The notes under the pieces are model-generated. The model had not been told where the DNA came from. It made no database searches and worked only from the letters and a program-made list of their open reading frames with translations. Shown piece by piece: positions 19,171 to 29,608 of a stretch of 64,000 nt of DNA. Source of the DNA: a virus (Duplodnaviria > Caudoviricetes); IMG/VR virus record IMGVR_UViG_3300026522_000024, positions 32,001-96,000 of that record; one strand, written 5' to 3'. Position 1 is the stretch's first letter; the number at the start of each line of letters is the position of its first letter. The position numbers and the translations under genes were made by a program.

Positions 19171-20120
19171 AGAATTGCGTGATGTTGGGGTTGTAAAATA
19201 GGGTGAACCCAAGTACTGGGGTGTGCACTACACGTTTAGTAACTACAGGAAATGGTAGCTAAGTAGTGTGCTAACAGGGAACTCTGAAATGAAAATCCTG
19301 TGCCAAGCTAGTGAAAGCCATAAAAGTAGCTAGAAGGTCAAACGACTAACAGGTGAGCAGGCAAGCAATACTCCTGACACGAGTGCCCTATAAGGTTGAG
19401 TATATATAGGTAGATGCTGGAATATAATTTTGGTAACTGTTGGATATTACCCTTTGAGGTGATATTTATGAGATACACAAGACTAGAGTTTATTCCAGGT
19501 TATGAAGGTTTGTATTCTATAACAGATACAGGAGAGGTATATAGCTGGAAATCTAATAGGTTTATTAAACACTACGTAAGACCTACTAGGGAAAACCATG
19601 ATAAGAAACATAATTATAGGTGGATAAAACTAAGTGGAACTTCTTATCCAGTTCATAGGTTAGTGGCTATGACTTATATACCTAATCCTGAAAACAAGCC
19701 TGAAGTGAATCACAAAAATTTTATAAGAGACGATAACAGGGTAGAAAATCTGGAATGGGTCACCAAAAAAGAGAATGAAGAACATAAAAGAATGAACAAT
19801 CCAGAGTTTTATGCTAAGCAATTAAGAGAAGCACAAAAGGTAGCTTGGAAAGTGTGTAGCAAAAAAGTTACTATAATAGAAAAGGATGGGACTACACATA
19901 ACTTTGAGATGCAAAAACAAGCTGTAGCTTGGCTAGGAATAACACTTAGAGTATTTGAGGCTTGGCTTAGCAATCCTGTTAGAATACCAAAAGGGTATAA
20001 AATTATCAAGGAAAATCATACTTATAAAAACCCGTACTCAACTGAATGATATAGTCTGACCTTACAAGAATAGAAATTGTAAGAATTTTAGGATAAAGAG
20101 CCTAAAAGATAACATAAGTG
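19171..20120 (+). mobile_element. Group I intron in the DNA polymerase gene
   Basis: P1 AACCCT/GGGGTT with U-G at the 5' splice site; AATCCTGTGCCAAGC, AACGACTA and GATATAGTCTGA core elements; terminal G; splicing restores SSENP-NAQQFPR in frame. Confidence 0.92.
19468..20049 (+). CDS. Intron-encoded NUMOD4-HNH homing endonuclease
   Basis: [16 protein letters not shown] (NUMOD4); VHRLVA...[21 protein letters not shown]. Confidence 0.93.
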   Translation: MRYTRLEFIPGYEGLYSITDTGEVYSWKSNRFIKHYVRPTRENHDKKHNYRWIKLSGTSYPVHRLVAMTYIPNPENKPEVNHKNFIRDDNRVENLEWVTKKENEEHKRMNNPEFYAKQLREAQKVAWKVCSKKVTIIEKDGTTHNFEMQKQAVAWLGITLRVFEAWLSNPVRIPKGYKIIKENHTYKNPYSTE

Positions 20121-21182
20121 AACGCACAACAATTCCCAAGAAAATCAGAGAATCCGTTATCTTTTCAATACCACAATGAACCTAAAGCACTATTTGGTTC
20201 TAGGTTTGGGAGTAATGGGTGTGTAATGAATGCTGACTATTCTGCTCTGGAAATGAGAATTGCTTGTATTATAAGTGGTGATGAAGCACTTACTAAAGCG
20301 TTGTTATCTGGTAAAGACCTTCATAAATCAACTGCTTCATTAGTATGGGGAGTACCAGTTGATGAAGTACCCAAGGATATGAGAACACGTGCAAAGTCTG
20401 TGAATTTTGGCATCATCTATGGAAAATCTGGCGTAACATTCGCTAAAGACCTTTATTATGACCCTTCAGGTGAAAATCCTAAGAAAACTGATGATTGGGA
20501 TAAAGCCAAGGAGGAAGGACTAAAGCTGGTAAATGACTACCTGAATACCTTTAGTGGACTGAAGCGTTGGTTGGAAAGAACCAAAAAATTTGCTTATAAG
20601 TATGGGTACGTTGAGACTATGTTTGGTAGACGCAGAAGGCTTCCAGATTTACATTCTAAAGTGCCTACACTGAAGAGCAATGCTGAGAGACAAGCAATCA
20701 ATGCTCCTATACAGGGTACAGGTTCAGATTTGACAATGCTTTCTATAATCAATATCAATCGTTGGCTAAAGGAAAACAACAAAAAGTCAATGATTATAGC
20801 TACAGTACACGATAGTATTGTATTTGATGTGTATATACCAGAACTTCCTGAGCTGTCTAAGAAGGTTAAGGAAATAATGGAGAGCGTTCATGAGCCTTAT
20901 ATTGATACTGTCGTACCCATTATTTCAGATTTAGAGTTGGGAGTTAACTATGGAGCCACTTTTGAAGTTACTTTGGATGAGTGTATGAATATACATAATT
21001 CTCAAGAGTTTAAGGAGTGGAACCATGAAAAGTGCTTATCTAAATACAGGAAGGAAATCAAGGAATTACATGGAAAGGGATGGGAATACAAAGAAGTGAT
21101 TGATTTCCTGTCTAAGCACAACAGACCCATCAAGGAATTGTTTAATGATATTGTGGAGGAATACTCTCAAGAATCAAGTTAG
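20121..21182 (+). CDS. polA: DNA polymerase family A, exon 2
   Basis: Motif A ADYSALEMR, motif B RAKSVNFGIIYG, motif C TVHDS. Confidence 0.93.
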   Translation, partial: NAQQFPRKSENPLSFQYHNEPKALFGSRFGSNGCVMNADYSALEMRIACIISGDEALTKALLSGKDLHKSTASLVWGVPVDEVPKDMRTRAKSVNFGIIYGKSGVTFAKDLYYDPSGENPKKTDDWDKAKEEGLKLVNDYLNTFSGLKRWLERTKKFAYKYGYVETMFGRRRRLPDLHSKVPTLKSNAERQAINAPIQGTGSDLTMLSIININRWLKENNKKSMIIATVHDSIVFDVYIPELPELSKKVKEIMESVHEPYIDTVVPIISDLELGVNYGATFEVTLDECMNIHNSQEFKEWNHEKCLSKYRKEIKELHGKGWEYKEVIDFLSKHNRPIKELFNDIVEEYSQESS

Positions 21183-21348
21183 GAGGAATTGGATGCATGA
21201 AAAGTATAAGATGTACAACCATACCACTGGTGCTGTTATTTATACAACAGAGCAGTTCATACAGCAGTGGGTAAATTTGGGATTTGAGGTTATACCTAAT
21301 AACCTAGTGATTTTTCCTATTAGGAAGATAGCATAAGGAGGAACAAGT

Positions 21349-21936
21349 ATGAAAACTACAGATAAGTTAACTATGGATGAACGATTCTCAGTGCTTAACA
21401 TTGAAGTCAAGACTCAATCTTCTACTCATCAGGTAAATTTGGGGGATGACCTATTGATTGAGCCAGAGCATCTAAATGATGCTTTTATTGAGCAGCCAGC
21501 TAAATTTGCATACTGGGCAACGGTAGCACTTCAGGCTAAGTCTTTGGTAGATAAGAAAAAGCTGGAAGTAGACAAACAGGAGGACTACCTGAAGAAAAAC
21601 CTTATTGGTGAATTAGACAGAGAAGTCAGGAAGGAAATGGAACTCAATGGTGAGAAAATCACTGAAGCTAAAGTTACCAATGGTATATATACTCATGAAA
21701 GGTATCAAGAGGAACAGGCTAAATACTACCAATTAAAGGAAGAACTACTGGAACTCCAAAATAAATTTGCTGTTCTGGATATGGCTAAAGAGTCTATGAA
21801 TCAGCGTAAAGATATGTTGATATCACTGGGTGCTCAGCTTAGAATGGAAGGAAACAACGCAGACCTTACAATTAAGGCAGAGGCAGCAAAGAAGGTGATT
21901 GGTGCTAACAAGAGAACAGCAATTAAAAGCAAGTAA
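21349..21936 (+). CDS. UvsY-like recombination mediator (coiled coil)
   Basis: KITEAKV...Y segment, helical, upstream of SSB and RecA. Confidence 0.55.
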   Translation: MKTTDKLTMDERFSVLNIEVKTQSSTHQVNLGDDLLIEPEHLNDAFIEQPAKFAYWATVALQAKSLVDKKKLEVDKQEDYLKKNLIGELDREVRKEMELNGEKITEAKVTNGIYTHERYQEEQAKYYQLKEELLELQNKFAVLDMAKESMNQRKDMLISLGAQLRMEGNNADLTIKAEAAKKVIGANKRTAIKSK

Positions 21937-22009
21937 TCATGAGATTTCTAGGGTAAACCTTTATTCATTGTAGGTTGTTTATTTTTGATAAAAATAGGAG
22001 GAACACAAT

Positions 22010-22948
22010 ATGGGAAAACTTAACATGAAAGCTATGAATGCAGCTCAGGCTAGAGAGGCAGAACGTGGTAGAGGTAATGCGCAATATGATAAGCTGGTTC
22101 AAGGTAAGAATGTACGCAGACTGCTGTGGCCAAAGGGTGATAAGGAGTCATTCTACAGTGAGGGGTATGTACATTTTGGCTTAGGTGAAGATGGTAAGAC
22201 AATGGTCACCTGCCCTAAGACATTTGATAGCCATAATCGTTGCCCTGTGTGCGAATATGTAGAGCAGCTTCAGAAGTCTAAGGACAAAGATGACAAGAAG
22301 ATGGCTAACGACATCAAGGCAAGACGTAGAATTTATGTTAATGTGATTAACAGAGATTCTGATGATGAGGAAGATACACCTAAAGTGCTTCCTATTGGTG
22401 TTACAATCCTGAAAGGGCTGTTGGACATCATTTGTGACCCAGACTATGGTGACATCACTGATTACAACGAAGGCAGAGACATTACTATCAAGCGTACAGG
22501 TCAAGGACTCAAGACTGAGTACTCTGTAATTGCTAAGCCTAATGCTAGTGTTGCTTCTGAGTCAATGTCTGAGGAAGAACTGGAAGAAAAGATGCCTGAT
22601 TTGGATTCTATGTTCCATGAAAAGACCTATGAGGAACTTGAAGACATTCTTAATGGCGGTGATGGTTCTACTGAAGAGGATGACGATGAGGAAGAATCCG
22701 ATGAGGATGAAGAACTGGAATATGATGACATGGAACTGTCTGAGTTGAAGGCACTCTGTAAAGAACGTGGTATTTCACTGCCTGCTAAGGTGTCTAAAAT
22801 CAAGCTCATTACTCTTCTCACGAAGTATGATGAAGAAGCTGAAAGTGAGGCTGAATCTGAAGAGGATGACGATGAGGAAGAATCCGATGATGCCGATGAA
22901 GTAAAGGATGCCATTGCTAAGGCTATTGCTAAAAGACGTAAGAAGTAA
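22010..22948 (+). CDS. gp32-like ssDNA-binding protein with acidic tail and HeH/Rho-N-like insert
   Basis: H...C...CPVC Zn site; DITD..EGRDITIKRTG; D/E-rich tail. Confidence 0.8.
   Translation: MGKLNMKAMNAAQAREAERGRGNAQYDKLVQGKNVRRLLWPKGDKESFYSEGYVHFGLGEDGKTMVTCPKTFDSHNRCPVCEYVEQLQKSKDKDDKKMANDIKARRRIYVNVINRDSDDEEDTPKVLPIGVTILKGLLDIICDPDYGDITDYNEGRDITIKRTGQGLKTEYSVIAKPNASVASESMSEEELEEKMPDLDSMFHEKTYEELEDILNGGDGSTEEDDDEEESDEDEELEYDDMELSELKALCKERGISLPAKVSKIKLITLLTKYDEEAESEAESEEDDDEEESDDADEVKDAIAKAIAKRRKK
22671..22890 (+). repeat. 34-bp direct repeat (22671-22704 and 22857-22890) flanking the HeH-like module
   Basis: CTGAAGAGGATGACGATGAGGAAGAATCCGATGA occurs twice. Confidence 0.9.
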
Positions 22949-23022
22949 GCCTAGTATAGATTACACATAAATTATAGGGTGAGGTGTATTCCTCACCCTA
23001 ATTTGTAGGAGGGATAGCAAAT

Positions 23023-24120
23023 ATGGCTAAAAATGTGAAGCGTAAGCCAGTAATAACTCCAGAGGAAACAGATGAAGATGTGCAGTTTCTTCAGGAATTA
23101 GCTGATAAAGTCAATAAAACCTTAGAGCGTGATACCATTATGGTAGGTGACAACGTAGGTGACTCTAATGTACCATATTGGATATTGACTGGTATTCCAG
23201 CATTGGATTTTGCTATTGGTGGCAAGTGTCATCCAGGCATTCCAGGTGCTAGAATTACAGAGATATTTGGTCCAGAGGCAGTTGGTAAATCTACGCTCAC
23301 ACTGTGGATAATGAAGCAAGCTATAGAGCAGCAGAAGGCTATTGCTTATCATCAGGACGCAGAGAGGGTGCTTACTCCAGAAATCATTAAGGGTACTGGT
23401 ATTAACATGAATAGAGTTATGCGTGACCAACCAGATACCTTAGAGGAAGCATTTGACGCACAGGAAGCAATGCTAGAGGAATTGCAAGGCAGAAAGAGTG
23501 CTGTAGTAACCATACTGGATTCAATTGCTGCTTGCTCTACAATGGCTGAGATTGAAGGGGACATGGGAGACCAACAGGTTGGTAGCCATGCTAGGGTAAT
23601 GAGTAAGGGGTTGCGTAAGATTAAGTCAGCAATTCTTGAGTCTTATGTCCTTTCACTTTGGGTTAACCAGACTAGAGAGAAGATTGGTGGAACTTCTTGG
23701 GGAGATAATACTACTACATTTGGTGGTAAGGCAATGTCCTTCTATGCTTCTGTACGTATAAAGCTGTCTAAGATTAAGACGCTGAAAAAGAACAAGGACA
23801 GTGATGCCTATGGTTGTACTATTGAGGCTACTGTTGTAAAAGATAAGGTAGCACCACCACTGCGTAAGGCTCACTATGATATTCTCTTTATTCAAGATAA
23901 AGATGGAAGCTATCCAAAGTTGGATATTGAGGGTGCTTTGCTTGATTGGTGTAGAGATAATGATTTAATTGGTGGTAATAAGTCATCTGGTAGATACGAA
24001 CTCAATGGCAAGAATTTGTATAGAGACCAAGCCAGGCGGATGCTTATGGATGACCCAGAATTGTTTAGAGAAATTTGGGACTTGGCGTATTCATTGGCTA
24101 CTCCATTGGAATCTGAATAA
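23023..24120 (+). CDS. recA: RecA/UvsX recombinase
   Basis: EIFGPEAVGKST, LDSIAA, ARVMSKGLRK, NQTREKIG, GGKAMSFYASVRI. Confidence 0.95.
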   Translation: MAKNVKRKPVITPEETDEDVQFLQELADKVNKTLERDTIMVGDNVGDSNVPYWILTGIPALDFAIGGKCHPGIPGARITEIFGPEAVGKSTLTLWIMKQAIEQQKAIAYHQDAERVLTPEIIKGTGINMNRVMRDQPDTLEEAFDAQEAMLEELQGRKSAVVTILDSIAACSTMAEIEGDMGDQQVGSHARVMSKGLRKIKSAILESYVLSLWVNQTREKIGGTSWGDNTTTFGGKAMSFYASVRIKLSKIKTLKKNKDSDAYGCTIEATVVKDKVAPPLRKAHYDILFIQDKDGSYPKLDIEGALLDWCRDNDLIGGNKSSGRYELNGKNLYRDQARRMLMDDPELFREIWDLAYSLATPLESE

Positions 24121-24200
24121 TACAGATAAGCAATAAACTAGAGCAGCCTATACCACATGGGCTGCTCTATTGATAATAGTACTATTTATAGGAGGATAAC

Positions 24201-25160
24201 ATGAGAGGGCTACACTTAATTTTTGATGGTAATAATACCAGTTATAGAGCCAATGCCGTTACTGAATTGTACACTAAGCAGGGTGAACGTACTTCAGCTA
24301 TCATAGGCACTTTGAATATAACTCATGCAACAATGGAAAACCTCACTAAAGAACTCAAGATGCCTATTAAGGAAGTCATTTATGCTTGGGATATGGGGCA
24401 TTCTCCACGTAGAACTTCTGTATTTCCAGAGTATAAAGGAAACAGGAAAAAGACCTTCACTCCAGAGGACTCAGAATGGATGGAGGAATTTATACATCAG
24501 GCTAATGTATTACATGAAAACCTTCCTATGCTGGGAATTAAATCCTATCGAAAAAAGGGCTGGGAGGGTGACGATATAGTGCTAGGCATAGTGGAAGAAA
24601 TTGACCGAAAATCCCCAGAAGACATCTCAGTGATTATTTCTACTGATGAGGACTTTCACCAGCTTATTTCGCCATCTACGCACGTTTATTCACCAATTAA
24701 GAAAATACTGTTTACTTTAGACAATTATAAGGAACTTACTGGCATAGACCATGAGAACTTTTTGACGTATAAAATACTTAAAGGTGACTCCTCTGATGGT
24801 ATTCCAGGTATCCCAGGCATTGGAGAAAAGACAGCTAAAACACTTGTTAACACATATGGTTCTCTTGATACCTTGCTAGAAGCAGGAGAAGAACTGAGAA
24901 AATCCAAAAGAACAGCAAAGATTTTTACACACGAAGGGCTGTCTATTTTGGATAGAAACAATAAGCTGATAAACCTAAGAGATTATGTTGATTTGTCAGA
25001 GATACAAGATGATATATCAGAACTCTTGGAAGATGAGCCTGTGGTTGATGAAAAAGCCACTAAAGCCTTTCTCATGAGATACCAGCTTACATCTATTTTG
25101 GTGAAATTCAAAAGTTGGATAGAAGTTTTCTCTGAGGCTGTTGATAATTTTTACGAATAG
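24201..25160 (+). CDS. 5'-3' exonuclease / RNase H (FEN-like)
   Basis: FDGNN, YKGNR, EGDD, STDEDFHQL, GDSSDGIPGIPGIGEKTA. Confidence 0.92.
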   Translation: MRGLHLIFDGNNTSYRANAVTELYTKQGERTSAIIGTLNITHATMENLTKELKMPIKEVIYAWDMGHSPRRTSVFPEYKGNRKKTFTPEDSEWMEEFIHQANVLHENLPMLGIKSYRKKGWEGDDIVLGIVEEIDRKSPEDISVIISTDEDFHQLISPSTHVYSPIKKILFTLDNYKELTGIDHENFLTYKILKGDSSDGIPGIPGIGEKTAKTLVNTYGSLDTLLEAGEELRKSKRTAKIFTHEGLSILDRNNKLINLRDYVDLSEIQDDISELLEDEPVVDEKATKAFLMRYQLTSILVKFKSWIEVFSEAVDNFYE

Positions 25161-25188
25161 AATATTATGTAAATACAGGAGATTATTC

Positions 25189-25662
25189 ATGGAAAACATA
25201 GACAAATGGCTAAATAAATTAGCCAACAATAAAGTGAGGGCAGATAACTCAGTAGATAAAGACGGTGTAATCATGGTTTGTAATTTTAGGGAAGTACCAG
25301 ATACTAACACCATGATTTTTATGATAACTATGGTGAAAAATCATACAAAAACAAATACTGCTTTACCTCCACAGTTGTTCAGGAATATGATGAACATAGT
25401 GGATAATTCCATAGGCTCAGAGGCATATAACTGCCCTGAAAGTATCAAGGAATCTGGACACTTTGAATCTTGTAACACAATACCTAAAGCTAATGACTGG
25501 CAGAAAAAGCTGAACTGCCATAGATTCTTTTTTATACCATACTTACATGTACTGTATATGGAAAATGCTTTATTTAGTGAAAACCACAAAAAACTCTTAA
25601 AAAGCTATGGGATTTCTGGTATACAGATAAAATCCTCATATAGCTTTTGTATTTCTTTGTAG
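25189..25662 (+). CDS. Hypothetical protein
   Basis: RBS AGGAG; 157 aa. Confidence 0.6.
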   Translation: MENIDKWLNKLANNKVRADNSVDKDGVIMVCNFREVPDTNTMIFMITMVKNHTKTNTALPPQLFRNMMNIVDNSIGSEAYNCPESIKESGHFESCNTIPKANDWQKKLNCHRFFFIPYLHVLYMENALFSENHKKLLKSYGISGIQIKSSYSFCISL

Positions 25663-25690
25663 GCTTTTGTTTAGTTATGAGGTGATTCAG

Positions 25691-27016
25691 ATGATAGTAG
25701 TAAAACGTGATGGAAACAAGGCAGAGTTTAATGGACAGAAGATTGTGGACGCAATTTCTAAGGCAGGATTTGTAGATGATGCAGTCAAGCGTCAAATTGC
25801 TGAAGAGATAGCAATGGAAGCAAGTGAATTCGGAGATAGCATTACTGTAGAGCAGATTCAGGATTCAGTAGAGAGGAAATTGATGGCTTCCAACTATAAG
25901 AGTGTAGCAAGAGAGTATATTCGCTACAGATATAAGAGAGAAATCATCAGGAAGAATAACCAGCTTCAGCGTAATATACTGGAGATTGTTTCCGCTAAGA
26001 ATGAGTACGTAAATGGTGAGAACTCTAACAAGAACCCACAGATACTTTCTACTCAGCGTGATTACATGGCTGGTGAAGTATCTAAGGATTTGACTATGAA
26101 GATGCTTCTTCCTGACGATATAGTAGAAGCACACAAGAAGGGCATTATTCATTTTCATGATTCAGATTACTTTGCTCAAACCATGCACAACTGCTGCTTG
26201 GTTAATCTGGAGGATATGCTTCAGAATGGTACGGTTATCAGCAAGACACTCATTGAGAAGCCACACTCATTCGCTACAGCCTGTAACGTAGCAACCCAGA
26301 TTATGGCTCAGGTAGCATCTAACCAGTATGGTGGTCAGAGTGTTACTTTGTCTCATTTAGCACCATTCGTAGACGTATCTAGGCAGAAGATTCGTGCTGA
26401 GGTCAAGGCAGAGTATGAGAGAATGGTTGCTGATGGTGATATTCCTGCTATGCCCAGTGAGGAAAGCATATTCAAGATTGCTGAAGGCAGACTGAAGACT
26501 GAGGTTAAGAGAGGTGTTCAGACCATACAGTATCAGGTTAATACTCTTATGACCACTAATGGGCAAACTCCATTTGTTACGGTATTCATGTATATCAATG
26601 AAGTGCCTGATGGAACTATTCGTGATGACTTGGCAATGATTATCGAGGAAGTATTGAAACAGCGTTATCAAGGCACTAAGAACGAAAAAGGTGTGTGGGT
26701 AACACCTGCCTTCCCTAAGCTGGTATATGTTACTACAGAAAACAACATCAAGGAAGGCACTAAATATTGGTATCTGACTGAGTTGGCTGCTAAGTGTACT
26801 GCTAGAAGGCTTGTACCTGACTATGTTTCTGAAAAGATGCTTATAAGATACAAGTATCCAGATGAAAATTTACAAACTATTAAATACCGTAGAGACCATT
26901 GGGGTGATGAGTATATGTATGGTAAAAACCCATTTAAGGAGTTGACTGACGATGAGTGTGAAATCCTTGAAAAGTATGCCAAAGAGTTACGTAAAGAACA
27001 GAATTTTATGGTATAG
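25691..27016 (+). CDS. nrdD: Anaerobic ribonucleotide reductase NrdD, N-terminal half (ATP-cone to PDYVSEK, plus non-homologous tail)
   Basis: VVKRDG ATP-cone, ENSNK, HFHDSD, MHNCCL, QYGGQ, GQTPFVT, FPKL, PDYVSEK. Confidence 0.9.
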   Translation: MIVVKRDGNKAEFNGQKIVDAISKAGFVDDAVKRQIAEEIAMEASEFGDSITVEQIQDSVERKLMASNYKSVAREYIRYRYKREIIRKNNQLQRNILEIVSAKNEYVNGENSNKNPQILSTQRDYMAGEVSKDLTMKMLLPDDIVEAHKKGIIHFHDSDYFAQTMHNCCLVNLEDMLQNGTVISKTLIEKPHSFATACNVATQIMAQVASNQYGGQSVTLSHLAPFVDVSRQKIRAEVKAEYERMVADGDIPAMPSEESIFKIAEGRLKTEVKRGVQTIQYQVNTLMTTNGQTPFVTVFMYINEVPDGTIRDDLAMIIEEVLKQRYQGTKNEKGVWVTPAFPKLVYVTTENNIKEGTKYWYLTELAAKCTARRLVPDYVSEKMLIRYKYPDENLQTIKYRRDHWGDEYMYGKNPFKELTDDECEILEKYAKELRKEQNFMV

Positions 27017-27194
27017 TCCGAGGTATCTGGAATTTTGTTTTTTAATAATGGCTCTGGTAATGGTACTCACCAAAAATAGCTTTTTACTGACACTTACTCT
27101 TTTAGTAGATACTGAATTTTGGTTTGACAATAAATGCATTAAAGATGTGTATAAGGTAACAAAAATAAGCTAATTGCAGACAGGAGGTCTAAAG

Positions 27195-27956
27195 ATGAAC
27201 AAGAAAATTATCAATAAACGTCATAGTTTGTGGTATAATAAGCGCCGTCCCTATAACCTTTTTGTTGACCTCTCAAATTACATTAAAGTTGCCCTTCGTT
27301 CTTACATCTTATGGATTGAAAAATATATTAAGGAAGATGAGTTACAAGAAGTATTGAAGAACTTTAATAAAGCTATGGGAAGTCAAGATAAAAATAAACA
27401 AGACTTGCTTGATGTTCTAAAAAAGATATACTTTTCTTTTGAAGAAGCATCTCTTAATTTTCCTAATTCCCCTTGGTACATTTGGTGGAAGAACGAGAAT
27501 TATAATGATTGCTTAATTCCATATAATGCAAAAGAAGCCGAAAAGAACTATAGGTATGATATTAATAGTGGGATTAGACTATATGCTAATCTTATAGAAT
27601 TTATTTCTAGTACATGGGTGAGCTATAGTTATGTTATAACTGATAAAGCACGTATTTGTCAACTAGAAAGAATTGACAAAAATCTAAATAGAGTATATGC
27701 TTTTGATGATGACCAAGTATGGTATATTTATGAAGGTCTCATTGCTTTTAAGAACGCAAAAAGATATAGCGTTCCTTGCGATACGTCAGAAGATGGTTGG
27801 GAGAAACATCTTGATGATATGATTTTCACATTTCACGAGATTACTCATTGCCATGAATTTTCTGATAAATATGATGCTAAAGAGTACGAAAAGAAATACA
27901 ATCGTGGAAAAGAGCTTTTTGGAAAGTGTTTTCTTGATTTGTGGGATTGTAAATAA
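27195..27956 (+). CDS. Hypothetical phage protein inserted between the nrdD halves
   Basis: RBS AGGAGG; C-terminal WEKHLDDMIF...GKELFGKCFLDLWD; no HNH, GIY-YIG or LAGLIDADG motif seen. Confidence 0.7.
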   Translation: MNKKIINKRHSLWYNKRRPYNLFVDLSNYIKVALRSYILWIEKYIKEDELQEVLKNFNKAMGSQDKNKQDLLDVLKKIYFSFEEASLNFPNSPWYIWWKNENYNDCLIPYNAKEAEKNYRYDINSGIRLYANLIEFISSTWVSYSYVITDKARICQLERIDKNLNRVYAFDDDQVWYIYEGLIAFKNAKRYSVPCDTSEDGWEKHLDDMIFTFHEITHCHEFSDKYDAKEYEKKYNRGKELFGKCFLDLWDCK

Positions 27957-27969
27957 TGAGGTGATTATC

Positions 27970-29073
27970 TTGAATACTTTGAAAAATGCTGCTCAAGAAA
28001 TAATGGAAAAACATGGAATATCAGAGAATCAAATTTGTCCCAAGGCTTATCCTCCTATGGGCTGTAGAAGTTTTTTGACTCCTGACTATGTACACTATAA
28101 GACATATGGAAGAATGAATCAGGGTGTTGTAACAATCAACCTTCCTGATGTAGCACTCACAGCAGTCCGTGAGGCTAAGTCTAAGAATACTGATGTATAT
28201 GATGAATTCTGGAGCATCTTTGAAGAAAGATTGGAATTGTGTCACAGAGGACTTCAGCAGCGTCATCAACGTCTTAAAGGTACTATTTCCGATGTGAGCC
28301 CAATTCACTGGCAATATGGTGCTTTGGCTAGATTGAAAAAGGGCGAAAAGATTGATAAGCTGCTGTATGGTGGGTATTCAACTATTTCTCTGGGATATGC
28401 TGGTCTTTATGAGTGCGTAAAAGCTATCACTGGTAAATCTCATACGGATGATTCAGCTAAACCATTTGCTATGGCTATTATGCGTAAGTTAAATGATAAG
28501 TGTGCTGAATGGAGAAAGGCTGAGAATATAGCATACAGTCTGTATGGTACTCCTATTGAGAGCACTACAGGGAAGTTTGCTAGGTGTTTACAGAAGAGGT
28601 TTGGTATCATTAAGGACATCACAGACCACGATTACATCACCAATAGCTACCATGTAAATGTTAGAGAAGAAATTGACCCATTTAAGAAGCTCAATTTTGA
28701 GGCTGAATTCCAGCAGCTCAGTCCAGGCGGTGCTATTAGCTACATTGAGACTGGTCACCTTGAAGATAACATTCCAGCAGTATTGGAAGTTATAAAGTAC
28801 ATGTATGACCACATTTTGTATGCTGAGTTGAATACTAAATCTGACTACTGCCATGAGTGTGGATATACTGGGGATATTGCTATTTATACTGATGAACATG
28901 GTAAGTTAGGTTGGAAGTGCCCCCAGTGTGGAAATACCAATCAGAACAAGATGAATGTAGCAAGACGTACATGCGGTTATATAGGAGCAAATTTCTGGTC
29001 TCAAGGAAGAACTGCAGAAATCAAGGATAGATTCGTTCACTTAGGAGGAAATGGCATAACAACTAAGGAGTGA
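27970..29073 (+). CDS. nrdD: NrdD C-terminal half (finger-loop Cys, Zn ribbon, glycyl-radical site)
   Basis: Own RBS GAGGTG + TTG; PPMGCRSFL, GRMNQGVVTINL, YGTPIES, TNSYH, CHECG...CPQCG, RRTCGYI. Confidence 0.9.
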   Translation: MNTLKNAAQEIMEKHGISENQICPKAYPPMGCRSFLTPDYVHYKTYGRMNQGVVTINLPDVALTAVREAKSKNTDVYDEFWSIFEERLELCHRGLQQRHQRLKGTISDVSPIHWQYGALARLKKGEKIDKLLYGGYSTISLGYAGLYECVKAITGKSHTDDSAKPFAMAIMRKLNDKCAEWRKAENIAYSLYGTPIESTTGKFARCLQKRFGIIKDITDHDYITNSYHVNVREEIDPFKKLNFEAEFQQLSPGGAISYIETGHLEDNIPAVLEVIKYMYDHILYAELNTKSDYCHECGYTGDIAIYTDEHGKLGWKCPQCGNTNQNKMNVARRTCGYIGANFWSQGRTAEIKDRFVHLGGNGITTKE

Positions 29074-29570
29074 AACTTATGAATATACATGGAATAACTC
29101 AGTTTGACACAGCTAATGGGTTAGGAATTGGTACAGTACTTTGGGTAAGCGGTTGCGAGCACCATTGTTTGAATTGTCATAATCCTCAGACTTGGGATAG
29201 AAAATCTGGTAGGTACTTTGACCATACTGGTAAGGATTTGGATTTTCTGTTGAAAACTTTAGAGCCAGACTATATATCTCGACTGACCATATCTGGTGGT
29301 GACCCACTTCACCCATTCAACAGGTGGACAGTAGGATTTATACTGAATGCTGTAAAGCAGGTTCATCCAGAAGTAAAGACTTGGTTGTATACTGGATATG
29401 AGTGGGAGCAAGCCAAGGACATCATAAAGCCTTTTGCGTATGCTTTGGATTATCTGGTAGATGGGAGATTCATTGAATCCTTGAAAGATTTGAACCTTCC
29501 ATATAGAGGAAGCAGTAACCAACATATAATAGATGTGAAAACTGGAAATATTGTTGATTTTTCCAAGTAA
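29070..29570 (+). CDS. nrdG: Anaerobic RNR activase (radical SAM)
   Basis: GCEHHCLNCHN, SGGDPL, WLYTGY, DGRF, RGSSNQ. Confidence 0.95.
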   Translation: MKLMNIHGITQFDTANGLGIGTVLWVSGCEHHCLNCHNPQTWDRKSGRYFDHTGKDLDFLLKTLEPDYISRLTISGGDPLHPFNRWTVGFILNAVKQVHPEVKTWLYTGYEWEQAKDIIKPFAYALDYLVDGRFIESLKDLNLPYRGSSNQHIIDVKTGNIVDFSK

Positions 29571-29574
29571 GAGA

Positions 29575-29608
29575 AAAGCACTATCCTATAAAATGGGTAG
29601 TGCTTTTC
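29575..29608 (+). terminator. Rho-independent terminator
   Basis: AAAGCACTATCC...GGGTAGTGCTTTT. Confidence 0.75.

Noticed and set aside
26885-27022. Group I intron-like words in the nrdD break (CGTAGAGACCA; GGTATAGTCCGA)
   Set aside because: The P7 pairing would contain a mismatch, no P4/Q core or P1 guide was found, and the C-half has its own RBS; possibly a relic or chance, not called as an intron
26952-27173. 73-aa plus-strand ORF overlapping the end of the nrdD N-half
   Set aside because: No clear RBS, overlaps another frame; coding status unsupported
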